Assembly (NCBI GenBank): GCA_963663765.2
Contig: CAXXUA010000005.1
Span: forward strand, 32,001-96,000
DNA from: Candidatus Poribacteria bacterium
GTDB lineage: Bacteria; Poribacteria; WGA-4E; WGA-3G
DNA: 64,000 nucleotides
Direction: 5' to 3'
Positions 30,049 through 40,885 of this stretch are shown here, in pieces; within the stretch, counting starts at the first letter, position 1, and every line of letters starts with the position of its first letter. The position numbers and the translations under genes are program-made. A model generated the notes under the pieces. It worked only from the letters and a program-made list of their open reading frames with translations, searched no databases and was not told where the DNA came from.

Positions 30049-30138
30049 ATCTTTAAGGAATGTCGTGTCAGTACGATGGTTAGTAGAGTTCTGTCAAGTT
30101 TATCTGTTCTGCTAAAACAAATCAGTTAGGTGTGTAGG

Positions 30139-31491
30139 TTAATCGTAAGTACGGAAATTGAGAAACGTCATCCGATTAGAAGTAATATTAACATCTTTTA
30201 TGGACATACGATCCCTAACTAATCCATTGGTATCCAAAAAAGAAAGCGAAATATTATGTGTTCCTTCGGGAAGGGGCATCCGCACCATATATATTTGATT
30301 GGGAAGAGTCTGCCATGAACGTGTATCCGCACTTTCAGTGATTGCACCTGCGAGATTCACAACTGCTCCTAATATTTTATTTTGTTTCTTTGCTTTCTTG
30401 GTTAGTAAGTATTTTCCTAACGCGCGTATTAACGTACGGATGATGATTACGCCACGTTGTGATTTCATGGTTTCTATTGCCAACGTCTCCACATCTTCTA
30501 TTAACACGCCAGAGGTCGTTTCTCCGCCTACCGAAACCCGAATACCGTTGTAAACAGGACGATTTGAATGTATTATCGGTATTGCAACACGCAAGAGATA
30601 TTCTAATTCTACTTCATCAACAACCATGCCTTCACGGGTATGGAGAGTTCGGGCAAACTTTATGGAGTCATCGTTATCTTCCTCTCCAAACTTATCAACT
30701 TTGAGGATAGGGAACGTCAGTGATTCCTCTAACTTCCGTGGCACATAACCCGTTTCATAAAAGAATATCAACTCACCATTGTTTTTTGGAAGTGAAGGTG
30801 ATTCGCCGTATTGATCAAGATAACGTTCATAATCATCGGTAAAGTTGAGTCTGCGGGACAGACGTACAAGCGAATGACCGACATCTTCTGGAATTGGCAC
30901 ACCCGTTAATTCAGCGGCATTCTTATAGTATTCTGCTGCTTGCTTAAATGAAATCAGGGCATTATTCCACTCACCTGCGGCTTCAAACACTAATCCAGAG
31001 AAGTGTGCAAGAAACCCAGTTCCAAAAAAGTTATATTTATCATCTTCACCCTTGAAGTATTGAATGAGATTAGAAGCACGACGACATTCAACCAAAGCAC
31101 CTTCTAAATTATCTGCGTAAATATAATTCAGAGCACTATAGTAATGACTCAATAACCTTTCATACTTGGTGCCTGTATAAGGACGGACATTATCTGAGGT
31201 AATCAACGAAAGAGCTTCTTTGGATACACTTTTGGTGAAACGATCCTCTGCGATCATTTCCGCTTCTTCAAATGCTTTACTACTTTCAGAAAATAGGTCA
31301 GCGTAATGGGCAACTATTGCTAACTCATATTGAAATGGGATATCAGGTTTTTTAGGTGAGTTCTTATTGAGATAATTGTAAGCATTTTTGGGGTTACCAG
31401 ATTGCAATCCATTTTTGACCGTTTGGAATTTATAACTGGAACACCCTATTAACAAAGATGCAATAACTAATATGGGTAGTATTTTTTTCAT
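30139..31491 (-). CDS. TPR-like lipoprotein (COG3014-like)
   Basis: Lipobox LIGC; ALVECRR and ADTRSWQTLP motifs. Confidence 0.8.
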   Translation of the reverse strand: MKKILPILVIASLLIGCSSYKFQTVKNGLQSGNPKNAYNYLNKNSPKKPDIPFQYELAIVAHYADLFSESSKAFEEAEMIAEDRFTKSVSKEALSLITSDNVRPYTGTKYERLLSHYYSALNYIYADNLEGALVECRRASNLIQYFKGEDDKYNFFGTGFLAHFSGLVFEAAGEWNNALISFKQAAEYYKNAAELTGVPIPEDVGHSLVRLSRRLNFTDDYERYLDQYGESPSLPKNNGELIFFYETGYVPRKLEESLTFPILKVDKFGEEDNDDSIKFARTLHTREGMVVDEVELEYLLRVAIPIIHSNRPVYNGIRVSVGGETTSGVLIEDVETLAIETMKSQRGVIIIRTLIRALGKYLLTKKAKKQNKILGAVVNLAGAITESADTRSWQTLPNQIYMVRMPLPEGTHNISLSFLDTNGLVRDRMSIKDVNITSNRMTFLNFRTYD

Positions 31492-31575
31492 AGGTATATC
31501 AAATATATAACAATGAGAGTAGGCGGGTATAAGGACCCGCCCAAAAATCAATGTTAGAATTAATCTCAATAGGAT

Positions 31576-32175
31576 TTACATTTTAAATTTTCCACGTCCA
31601 ATGAATTTTTTAATTTTTTCCTGACCGATCCATACTTTTTCATTACTTTCAATATGAGTCAAGGTCAGATCGGTTTGGTAAAACACGACTTGTTTACCGC
31701 CTTCGCGATCCTCAATGGTATTGATCTCACCCGTCATCATATAGTCTGCACCGAGTTCGCGTCCCATCCGTTTGATGGTCTCAATTGCTGCATTTTCGCT
31801 CTGATCCGCACGTTCTTCTCTGATTTCGTCACGCTCACTCTTGCTGGACACAGGACGGACTTTGCCAGAATTGATAAATGCACGTTCAATATCGCTGACA
31901 AACGTTTGGGTAGCAATATGTTCCATACTTTTATTTCGGATTGCACCCACAATTACGATTGGTTTGGCAGATGCGGAAGTCATATGATTAGTAAGCCAGA
32001 CGTGACCTAAGCAGTCATCGATCATCGTTTCCGCTACCAAGCGGGAATCTGTATCATTCCATCTACCAGATAGGTCAACAGTGGTGTCACTATCAATTCG
32101 GGTGACCTGTTTACCGCTACACCCCGCAAATGCAACGATCGCAATAAGTAGCATACTTGTCAATACTTTGTACAT
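31576..32175 (-). CDS. LpoB/CsgG-like lipoprotein
   Basis: Lipobox FAGC; DLSGRWNDTD, NKSMEHI, GADYMMTGEI. Confidence 0.8.
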   Translation of the reverse strand: MYKVLTSMLLIAIVAFAGCSGKQVTRIDSDTTVDLSGRWNDTDSRLVAETMIDDCLGHVWLTNHMTSASAKPIVIVGAIRNKSMEHIATQTFVSDIERAFINSGKVRPVSSKSERDEIREERADQSENAAIETIKRMGRELGADYMMTGEINTIEDREGGKQVVFYQTDLTLTHIESNEKVWIGQEKIKKFIGRGKFKM

Positions 32176-32236
32176 TTGATTTACTCCTTTGTAGAGTTAT
32201 ATATGGTAGATTATGGAATTAATTACACACACGTTG

Positions 32237-32278
32237 GTAGGAGCGACCTCCCGGTCGCGACCAGGAGGTCGCTCCTAC
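32237..32278. repeat. GTAG-type REP palindrome doublet
   Basis: GTAGGAGCGACCTCC...GGAGGTCGCTCCTAC inverted repeat; same family at ~6905 and ~61060. Confidence 0.8.
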
Positions 32279-32337
32279 CTGTTAGTGTATAAATATTTTC
32301 ATATTTCACCAATAATAGAAAATAAGTGGTATATCTT

Positions 32338-34125
32338 TTAGAAATCTAAATCTGCTTCAAGCAAAATTCTATCAACAAAACTATCAAGTGCCATCGCACC
32401 AATATCTCCTTCATCTCGGCTACGGACACTGACGGTTCGGCTATTTTGTTCTCTCTCACCAATAATTAGCATATACGGCACCCGTCGTAAACGGGCTTGT
32501 CGTATTTTCGCTCCTATTTTGTCGTCACTATTATCTAACACAACACGACAATTTTTCTGCAATAGAAGCTGCTGAACTTCTGTAGCGTAATCAACAAACT
32601 TTTGACTAATTGTCATCACCACACATTGCACAGGTGAAAGCCATGTTGGAAAAGCACCCGCATAATGCTCAATCAGCATTGCGATGAACCTTTCAAAACT
32701 TCCACAAATAGCACGGTGAATTACAACAGGTCTCTTTTCAGATCCATCAGATGCAACATAGATCAGTTTAAACCTTTCAGGCAGCTGAAAATCAAGTTGG
32801 ACAGTCGCACATTGGATATCTCGGTTCAATGAATCACGCACCTGAAAATCAAGTTTGGGTCCATAAAACGCCGCTTCTCCAGGACCCACTGTATATTCAA
32901 TCTGATTGTTCTTCAGCACAGACTCAAGAATATCTTCCGCACGATTCCAGACATCTACATCCCCCATGAACTTTTCCGGGTTCCGAGTGCTGAAATCACA
33001 TCGGAACGGCAGGTCAAAACTACCGTAGATGCGTTGGAATAGTCCGAGAATACGTTCATATTCGTCAGCAATCTGGTCTTCTGTAACGAAGTTGTGTGCA
33101 TCGTCTTGACACAATTGCCGGACGCGCGACAATCCGCTTAGGGTACCAGTTGCTTCATTCCGATGTAGAACACCCTGGTCATGCAGACGATACGGTAAAT
33201 CACGATAACTATGTCGTGTGCTCTTGTATATTAGCATGTGCGCGGGGCAATTCATCGGTTTGAGCGCACTCGTAGGTTCACCATCTTCATTTTCAATCAG
33301 AAACATATCATCTTTGAAATGTTCCCAATGTCCAGAAGTTTCCCACAAACTACTGTCATAGATAAGTGGGGTACGTACCTCTTGATAACCTTCACTAAGA
33401 TAAAGCTTTCTCACTTTCTCGGATAAATGGTTGTAAATGAACGCTCCTTTTGGAAGCCAAAAAACACTCCCTGGGGATTCGGGATGCATTTGAAATAACT
33501 CCAATTCTCGTCCCAATTTCCGATGGTCGCGCTTCGCAGCCTCTTCGCGTTGCTTCAGATATGCATATAGGTCATTTTTTGTTTCCCACGCAGTACCATA
33601 TATCCGTTGTAATTGCTCACGATTGCTATCCCCACGCCAATACGCACCAGAAACACGGAGCAGCTTAAAATATCTACATTCCCCTGTTTTCTCTACGTGC
33701 GGTCCCTTACAAAGGTCTGTGAAATCACCGTTATGATAGATTGAAACGCCTTCATCAGCAACACCTTCATCGGTTGCGCTAACCTCACGATCAGAAATTC
33801 CCTCAATCAATTCAAGTTTAAATTTCTGATTACGTTCAGCAAACCATTCACGAGCCTTTTCATAGTCCCATGTCTCCTGCATAAAAGGCACATTGGTCTT
33901 AATCATTGCCTTCATGTGTTTCTCTATTTCAGGAAAATCATCGGGTGTAATCGGACGGGGGACCTCCATGTCATAATAGAATTCGTTTTCTATTGGAGGT
34001 CCAATTGCAAGTTTGACAGTATGTTCACCGTCAGGAAATAATTGTTGAACTGCATACGCCAAAATGTGTGCAGTAGAATGACGCAACCGTTCTAAATAGT
34101 CTTCTGGTTGATTAGTTTCTTGCAT
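32338..34125 (-). CDS. thrS: Threonine--tRNA ligase
   Basis: RHSTAH, DLCKGPH, RDHRKLG, KPMNCP, QDDAH, AFYGPK, HRAICGSFERF. Confidence 0.98.
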   Translation of the reverse strand: MQETNQPEDYLERLRHSTAHILAYAVQQLFPDGEHTVKLAIGPPIENEFYYDMEVPRPITPDDFPEIEKHMKAMIKTNVPFMQETWDYEKAREWFAERNQKFKLELIEGISDREVSATDEGVADEGVSIYHNGDFTDLCKGPHVEKTGECRYFKLLRVSGAYWRGDSNREQLQRIYGTAWETKNDLYAYLKQREEAAKRDHRKLGRELELFQMHPESPGSVFWLPKGAFIYNHLSEKVRKLYLSEGYQEVRTPLIYDSSLWETSGHWEHFKDDMFLIENEDGEPTSALKPMNCPAHMLIYKSTRHSYRDLPYRLHDQGVLHRNEATGTLSGLSRVRQLCQDDAHNFVTEDQIADEYERILGLFQRIYGSFDLPFRCDFSTRNPEKFMGDVDVWNRAEDILESVLKNNQIEYTVGPGEAAFYGPKLDFQVRDSLNRDIQCATVQLDFQLPERFKLIYVASDGSEKRPVVIHRAICGSFERFIAMLIEHYAGAFPTWLSPVQCVVMTISQKFVDYATEVQQLLLQKNCRVVLDNSDDKIGAKIRQARLRRVPYMLIIGEREQNSRTVSVRSRDEGDIGAMALDSFVDRILLEADLDF

Positions 34126-34297
34126 TAGAAAGTACTCTCAAATTCAATATAGTTAGATCAATATATTATTGACCGAGTCATTCACATGTAACGTTTTTTC
34201 ATTACGATAGATTACATTTAATAATTTAAAATCTCAATGCAGTTTATGCTACATTGTTGACAACTAAGGTTCCAACAATGAAAACAGCACAACCGAC

Positions 34298-37200
34298 TCA
34301 CTGCAAGGATGCCTGCAATGAATTATCCAATTTCCTTCGGAGAATGATACCCCACTGACCAACAACCCAAAGTGTGTTGCCATTTTTCGCGCGTCTAATC
34401 ACATACAGATTGTTGTCAATATCGGTGTGTTCCTGTACCCACGTTTCACCACCATCCGTTGAACGGACTATTGTTCCTTCGTCACCAACAGCGTAAATCT
34501 TCTGCTCGGAAATTGCTACGACACCATTTAGATTCTTCGTGACACCAGTCATGATGGGTTTCCAAGTGAAACCGCCATCAGTAGTTTTTATCACAAGTCC
34601 ACCTTCTCCAACAGCCCATCCCTTCCGCTTAGTGGCAAATGAGACTGAATGGAGATTGCGGTACGTATTTGATTCGTGCATGCGCCAGTAATCACCACCG
34701 TTGATAGTTCTTTGAATTGTTCCAGTATGTCCAACTGCCCAACCAAGTGGTGCGAATTTCATATCTACACTCATCAGTGGGTCGTTTGCAGTGGTACGTT
34801 GGAGAGTCCATGTGGGACCTCCATCTTTGTTGTGGATAATGTCACCATACCTACCAACTCCCCAACCCTCAGAGAACTTACCAAAAGCAACATCATTCAT
34901 AGAAAATCTGGTCGGTGGGTCACCTTCAATAAATGGAGGACGTTCAGGTGTGTCACCAGCAGTCCATATTTTGCCATCCGTTGTATAAAGGACTGTCCCG
35001 TCACGCCGCATTGTCCAACCCCATTTTGGTTCAAGACTCGCGAAGTGTATCCCGATAAGCCCTTGGCGTGGTTGAACACCAAGTTTTTCCCATGTTCTGC
35101 CGCTATCTTGTGTTTCAAACAAACTTCCATCACTATCTGCTATCCACCCGATTTTATCGTTGTAAAACAGTACTTCTCGTAAATCATTTCGCTGCTGTTC
35201 ACCGAGTTGCCGTTCCCATGTTTTTCCACCGTCAGTTGTGTGATAGATGCTCCCCGAACCCCCGACTGCCCATGCATGTTGGGCATCAAGGAAGTATACA
35301 CCGGCAATACCACCACCGCGTCCGAACCGTCTTCTCTGTTGCGGTGCAGGTGGCGGTGGTTGCTCTGCAGATTCGTTTGGATTCGCCTGTTCATTGGTTG
35401 GTGGCAGCAGGCCTTCAGGTGTCAAGCGACCCGGGCGTTGCCGTTCCTGACGGAGTTGTCTTTGGAATAACTCAACAAGTGATTCCTCTGTAGCTGATTC
35501 ACCTTCATCCTCATTCGCATCAGTCTCAGTATTTTCAGTAATTTCAGGTAAAGGTTGTGCAATTTCGATCCTGCGTTCTCCAGTTACGACTGTCACCGGT
35601 TCCCAAGTCCCACCTTGGTCTTCAGTAATGTAGGCGCCACCACCCCCATTTCCCCAAGCAGCCGTATGTGAACTAAATGTAATACGTCGTAATCCACGCG
35701 GACTTTGGGAGGCAGAACGTAATTTCCATGTTTCTCCACCATCCTTTGTCAACAAAGAATCACCATTTCCCATAATTACCCATCCCTGTTTGCTATCTGC
35801 AAAATGAACAGCAATCCCTGGTTGATTAGTCTTTGCAAGTATCTTCCAATAATTTCCACCATCCACAGTGTGAAGAACAAATCCACCATCCCTACGTTGC
35901 GGTGCAACAGCCCAGCCTTCCTGACTATTTATAAAGTGTAAGTCTGTGATGTTCTGGTTTGTTGTCCCCGTCTTCTGAACTTTCCAAGTCCTTCCACCGT
36001 CGGTTGTGTGTAAAACTTGCCCAATCGCAGCACCTAACCAACCTTCCTTCTCGTTGATGAACTGCATCATACTAATTCGTGGTAGATTTTTTTGTGTTGT
36101 TCGGAGAATGGGTTTCCAAGTTTCGCCCCCATCTATTGTCTTAAGTAGAACACCAGCACCAAGAATAAACCCATGTTTTTCATCAATAAATTCCACATCG
36201 CGCAGACTATCACTCACACCACTGTGTTGTGGCAACCAAGTTTTTCCACCATCCGTTGTCCGCGCAATAGCACCTGCTGAACCGACTGTCCATCCTTTTG
36301 TTGTGTCTACAAAATATGTATCTGTAAAATCTGTTCGCCAAGTTGCTTGCTGAATAATATCCCAATGATAGACGACAGGTACATTCGGTGTTTCATCTTC
36401 AACGACAACGACTTCAGGATCCGCTGCGACTGGTGGTAATTTCGCTGGTAATTCGGTGTTGTCAACGGAATAACGCATCGCTATTCCACCTTTTCCAACT
36501 GCAACAACACCATTAGGTGAAAGTGCTAATCCGTATAGATCATTTTCAGTTCCGCTTTCTTGCTTTTCCCATTTTTTACCAGCGTTCACGGTCGTCAGCA
36601 TCACCCCATTATCCCCTACTATTAAACCGTGTTTTGCATCTGCAAAATAGAGTTTATTCAAATTCTCTTGTGTGCCACTATATTGGGTATTCCATGTCTT
36701 GCCACCGTCTATTGTATGTAAAATTTCACCAAATTGTCCAGCAATCCATCCCACATTTTCATCAACAAAGTATACCGCGTAGAGTTCATTAAATGTATCA
36801 GTATGCTGCTGAACCCAGGTTAAACCGCCATCCTGTGTTGCGAGACATACACCAGGCCATCCAATCGTCCAACCCTTTTTGTCGTCAAGGAAAAATACAC
36901 CTTTCAGCATAAGCGAATGAAAATCCCCGACCGGCGTCTGCGGCAGCCATGTTTGCCCTCCGTCAATAGTATGGATAATTGTACCTAAGTCACCGACAAT
37001 CCAACCGACTTGTGCATTGATAAAATGTGCGGCTCGGAATGTAAACTGTACAGGTGCACGTTGAGGTTCCCAATTGGCACCACCGTCATTCGTGTGAACA
37101 ATAAGTCCGCGTTCACCGACTGCCCACCCATGTTTATCTGTCGCAAAATAGATGTTCCATATCCCATCCCAGATATCGTTATCCAACTCATTCCAAGTTT

Positions 37201-38335
37201 TTCCACCATCGTTGCTCATCACCATACTACCTCGGCGACCAACTGCAATTGCACGGTCCGCATCCGCAAACTGTACATTCTGCAGATCGTTGGCAGTCGT
37301 TCCGCTGACCATCTCCCAAGTTGCACCCGCATCTGTCGTTCGCAAAATAGTTCCTGACCATCCAACTGCCCAAGCTTCTTTAGGTGTCGTAAACTGAACA
37401 CCTATTAGATTGTTTTCTGTACTACTTTCCATCAACTGCCAATTTTTACCACCATCCTGTGTGCGTGTGATGAAACCGACATCTGCAACGGCAATTCCGT
37501 TGTTCTTATCTGTGAAATGAATGCTATTTATCGTATCTCTGACATGTCCATTAATTAAAGGTATGCGACTATCTTGACGTTCCCAATTGACTCCGCCTGT
37601 AGTCGTATGAAAGATTGACCCGTCACTCCCGGCAATCCAACCTTCATTTTCACTGATGAAAAAGACATGTTTGTTATCATTGATCATTCGGTCGCGTTCA
37701 CCCTCAAACCGATTACTCTGTTCTTGCCAAGATTCTCCTCCAGATACGGTATTGAAAATTCTATCATACGTGCCTACAACCCACCCATTATCATCGTCTA
37801 CGAACCAAACGCCGTTAAGCGGGAATTCACTCACGTTCTCATAACTTTGCCAAGTCTTTCCACCGTTTTTTGTGTAGAGGACATCAGCACCTTCACCCAC
37901 AATCCAACCCTCTTTCGTATTTGCAAAGAAAACATCGCGCAACATTGCAATTGAACCACTATCTTGCAAGTTCCAATGTCTTCCGCTATCATCGGTTGTA
38001 GCAATCAAGCCTTCATCGCCTACTGCCCATCCGTAGCGCTCATTCACAAAGTAGACAGCTTTAAAGTCACCCGATGTATCCACTTCCTGCTTTTTCCACG
38101 TTTTGCCACCATCGTCAGTGTGGACAATTGTGCCTTCAAGTCCAACAAGCCATCCCTGTTTAACGTTGACAAAATGCAGATCAGTAAAATTCGTCTCCCA
38201 ATCGGCTTTTCGGGTAGCTTCCATCTTAACACAACCGTTGATAAAAACCATTGAACACAAAATTACAACTATCAAAAATGATGCGAAATTACCCCCAAAG
38301 CTACTCCCCAAAAAAGCATTATACTTAGATTGCAT
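34298..38335 (-). CDS. Large YCF48/BNR (Asp-box) multi-beta-propeller secreted protein
   Basis: More than 20 F...GWxVG...TxDGGxTW repeats; N-terminal hydrophobic segment with Cys (INGC). Confidence 0.88.
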   Translation of the reverse strand: MQSKYNAFLGSSFGGNFASFLIVVILCSMVFINGCVKMEATRKADWETNFTDLHFVNVKQGWLVGLEGTIVHTDDGGKTWKKQEVDTSGDFKAVYFVNERYGWAVGDEGLIATTDDSGRHWNLQDSGSIAMLRDVFFANTKEGWIVGEGADVLYTKNGGKTWQSYENVSEFPLNGVWFVDDDNGWVVGTYDRIFNTVSGGESWQEQSNRFEGERDRMINDNKHVFFISENEGWIAGSDGSIFHTTTGGVNWERQDSRIPLINGHVRDTINSIHFTDKNNGIAVADVGFITRTQDGGKNWQLMESSTENNLIGVQFTTPKEAWAVGWSGTILRTTDAGATWEMVSGTTANDLQNVQFADADRAIAVGRRGSMVMSNDGGKTWNELDNDIWDGIWNIYFATDKHGWAVGERGLIVHTNDGGANWEPQRAPVQFTFRAAHFINAQVGWIVGDLGTIIHTIDGGQTWLPQTPVGDFHSLMLKGVFFLDDKKGWTIGWPGVCLATQDGGLTWVQQHTDTFNELYAVYFVDENVGWIAGQFGEILHTIDGGKTWNTQYSGTQENLNKLYFADAKHGLIVGDNGVMLTTVNAGKKWEKQESGTENDLYGLALSPNGVVAVGKGGIAMRYSVDNTELPAKLPPVAADPEVVVVEDETPNVPVVYHWDIIQQATWRTDFTDTYFVDTTKGWTVGSAGAIARTTDGGKTWLPQHSGVSDSLRDVEFIDEKHGFILGAGVLLKTIDGGETWKPILRTTQKNLPRISMMQFINEKEGWLGAAIGQVLHTTDGGRTWKVQKTGTTNQNITDLHFINSQEGWAVAPQRRDGGFVLHTVDGGNYWKILAKTNQPGIAVHFADSKQGWVIMGNGDSLLTKDGGETWKLRSASQSPRGLRRITFSSHTAAWGNGGGGAYITEDQGGTWEPVTVVTGERRIEIAQPLPEITENTETDANEDEGESATEESLVELFQRQLRQERQRPGRLTPEGLLPPTNEQANPNESAEQPPPPAPQQRRRFGRGGGIAGVYFLDAQHAWAVGGSGSIYHTTDGGKTWERQLGEQQRNDLREVLFYNDKIGWIADSDGSLFETQDSGRTWEKLGVQPRQGLIGIHFASLEPKWGWTMRRDGTVLYTTDGKIWTAGDTPERPPFIEGDPPTRFSMNDVAFGKFSEGWGVGRYGDIIHNKDGGPTWTLQRTTANDPLMSVDMKFAPLGWAVGHTGTIQRTINGGDYWRMHESNTYRNLHSVSFATKRKGWAVGEGGLVIKTTDGGFTWKPIMTGVTKNLNGVVAISEQKIYAVGDEGTIVRSTDGGETWVQEHTDIDNNLYVIRRAKNGNTLWVVGQWGIILRRKLDNSLQASLQ

Positions 38336-38355
38336 TCTGATTTACCTCCGATTGT

Positions 38356-39261
38356 CTAATAATATGAGTCCTGACCGAAAAGACCTGAGCGCATCGCCGC
38401 AATTAATACCGCAACTCCTACACAAAGAATAATAAGTCCAATCTGAAAAAATAAAGATTTTCTTTCTCCTAACCTCTGTATGACCTGAATCCCTCCAACC
38501 TGTGCTAAAACTGGTGAAACTGCTAATAGCAGCACACAAACTGATGGCACTTCATTGAAAAAATATCCGTTCATCCAAATACCAACGAATAAAAAAACTA
38601 CCACTGGCGATAAACTAAGTGGAAGAACGTGCCAATTATTATCCGACTCAGTTTTCACAACGCGTTTTAAAACAAGAGTGACCAGCCACATCACCCCGAA
38701 AAGAGCAACAACTATACCAGCATGTAACGCTATTAGCAATGTACCTGAAAGTACAAAAACCAAAGCAGTAGCACCAGAAAGACCAAAGTACACAAACGTA
38801 ACCGAAGCACCAGATGGCAACGCAGAAAAACTCTGTTCTACTATATTCCAAACAATGAATATCCCTACTGCAAGACATATCCACCAGATCATTCCCTCAA
38901 CGGGTCCCCAAGTGTGACGATAGTATGAATTATCCAATAGGATACGCGGTAAAGCAACGGAATAAATGAACTGTGTAATTAAACGTTGTTTTCGTGAAGA
39001 ATCCCAAAATGTGCTACTAATTATCGCAAAAATTGCAAAATAGAATAACCATTCAAATCCTTCTTTTGGCGGAAATGCTGGATTCTTTTCCAAGATAAGA
39101 TATGCAATTATGTAACCAATTCCCATAGCATCTGCAATTAACCAATGCAGATGTTTCTTGTCCCCTTCGCGCATCCTAACATAAGCGACTGCAGCGTATA
39201 TTTTGCCACAGACGATAGCAGACAAAAGCATACTGACAATCAAAGCATTCAAAGTCGGCAT
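38356..39261 (-). CDS. Polytopic membrane protein of unknown function
   Basis: About 9-10 hydrophobic helices; in operon between yceI-like and the YCF48 gene. Confidence 0.8.
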   Translation of the reverse strand: MPTLNALIVSMLLSAIVCGKIYAAVAYVRMREGDKKHLHWLIADAMGIGYIIAYLILEKNPAFPPKEGFEWLFYFAIFAIISSTFWDSSRKQRLITQFIYSVALPRILLDNSYYRHTWGPVEGMIWWICLAVGIFIVWNIVEQSFSALPSGASVTFVYFGLSGATALVFVLSGTLLIALHAGIVVALFGVMWLVTLVLKRVVKTESDNNWHVLPLSLSPVVVFLFVGIWMNGYFFNEVPSVCVLLLAVSPVLAQVGGIQVIQRLGERKSLFFQIGLIILCVGVAVLIAAMRSGLFGQDSYY

Positions 39262-39304
39262 TGCTTATGTCTCCACAATATAGTCGAACTCATTATCTAA
39301 ATGC

Positions 39305-39922
39305 TTATTTTTTTCCTGCTTCAATACTCACAATAATTTGGATATCGTCCTTTACCCCATCCATGCCGAAGTCAATACCGTATTCGCTTCGTTTTATGTC
39401 AAAGACAGAATGGAATCCCATGACTTCTCCGGCCTGTGGTAACTTCGTTTTTCCAGTAATTTCAACATCCACCGTGATAGATTTCTTCACTCCATGTAGT
39501 TCAAAATCGCCCGTGACTTCGAACATATTTTCCTGTCCTGCTTTTGCATTCACCTTCGTACTCTTGAATGTAATCACAGGAAACTGTTTTGCACTGAAGA
39601 AATCCTGACTTCTGAGATGTTGGTCGCGCTTTTCGTTGGCAGTATCAACGCTTGCAGTTTTTACTTCAAATTCAACCTTGTTCTTGGACATAACTTCTTC
39701 ATCAATAGAAATATTACCGGAAAAGTCGTTGAAACGACCATAGAAGTAAGCAACACCTAAATGTTTAGCACGGAATAAAACCGATGAATGCACAGCATCA
39801 ATTTGATATGTCTCGGTAGCATTCTGAGATTCAGAATGATCGGAAAAAGTTATAATAAGTAATCCTAAAACCAAGAGACCGCTTAACGGTAAAAGCAGAC
39901 TACGTTTAAACTCTGTTTTCAT
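39305..39922 (-). CDS. YceI family protein
   Basis: IDAVHS, GRFNDFSG, RDQHLRS.DFF, G.FELHGV. Confidence 0.92.
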   Translation of the reverse strand: MKTEFKRSLLLPLSGLLVLGLLIITFSDHSESQNATETYQIDAVHSSVLFRAKHLGVAYFYGRFNDFSGNISIDEEVMSKNKVEFEVKTASVDTANEKRDQHLRSQDFFSAKQFPVITFKSTKVNAKAGQENMFEVTGDFELHGVKKSITVDVEITGKTKLPQAGEVMGFHSVFDIKRSEYGIDFGMDGVKDDIQIIVSIEAGKK

Positions 39923-39954
39923 TGCAAACAATTCCTTCAAATTTGTTATAGTAA

Positions 39955-40076
39955 CAGGACTTACGCAGTTTTCTTGATTTAATCAATAATTATGATGAAA
40001 ATGATGTAATTATCAGCATTTTTATAGGGTTCCAGCGCGCTTACAAAGCACGCCTACCGTTTTTACGTAAGTCCTG
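39955..40076. mobile_element. MITE family A, copy 6
   Basis: TIRs; TSD AGTAA on both sides. Confidence 0.9.
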
Positions 40077-40112
40077 AGTAATTGATAATTAACTTCCTTA
40101 ATACACAATTGA

Positions 40113-40142
40113 AGTATACCTTACTTTTACCAATGGAGTCAA
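40113..40142 (-). promoter_or_regulatory. Putative promoter of the yceI-like operon
   Basis: TTGACT, 18 bp, TATACT on the minus strand. Confidence 0.45.
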
Positions 40143-40846
40143 CCGAAAACCGTTAGGTTAGGTGTGTAAACTTTTATGCCACCTTTTGTGTCAGAAACAC
40201 AAATTACTACCCATCACGCAGATTTTACGGATAATACCCCGCGACCTATTGTCTTGCTTATCTAAGGCTTATCAAAAGCCATAAAACCTCAGGCATGGAT
40301 CTTATCCGCGTCATCTGTGTCATCCGCGATTCCGTAAATTCCCCACGAATTGCTAACCTACCTATCTAAAGTCGGGTCTGACGTCTCTCCTACAACAGGA
40401 CAATCCCACAATAGAAACCCAATAGATTATACATGATATCTATTGTTCTCAAATCAAAAAACACAACAGATCCTCACCATCAAAAGGTATAAAATTACCC
40501 ATACTCTCAAATGAAATCCAAACTTTTCCTCTTATACAATCGAGTACCACCAAAATGAAAGACCGACAAATTAAAGAACTCAAAAGCAGCTGACAAATCC
40601 GAAACAAATACAAAAATACGCTTCAAAAAAACGATAAAAAATCCATTTAGTTGTTTTTTTCAAATTTTCGCAAATTCAATAAACCTTCATGAACCCATAC
40701 CACGACACGATCAATAACACTTATGAAAAAAACAACTAAAAAATTCCACAATTAGGACGTGTTTCACAAAAAACTGGGATTAAAAGCTCTAAATAACAAG
40801 AGTACATTACGACAATTGAATACCTTTAGGTGTATAAGCATTTTAC

Positions 40847-40875
40847 TTGCATATTTAAAAAGTATATGTTAGAAT
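40847..40875 (+). promoter_or_regulatory. Putative smpB-ssrA promoter
   Basis: TTGCAT, 17 bp, TAGAAT with extended TG; 10 nt from the GTG start. Confidence 0.5.
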
Positions 40876-40885
40876 TAACGATATT

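Noticed and set aside
34298-38335. Photosynthesis inference from YCF48 similarity
   Set aside because: YCF48-like propellers are widespread in non-phototrophs; no photosystem genes here.
40200-40800. ncRNA in the long intergenic region before smpB
   Set aside because: Only degenerate repeat remnants and A-rich sequence; no structure that can be supported.
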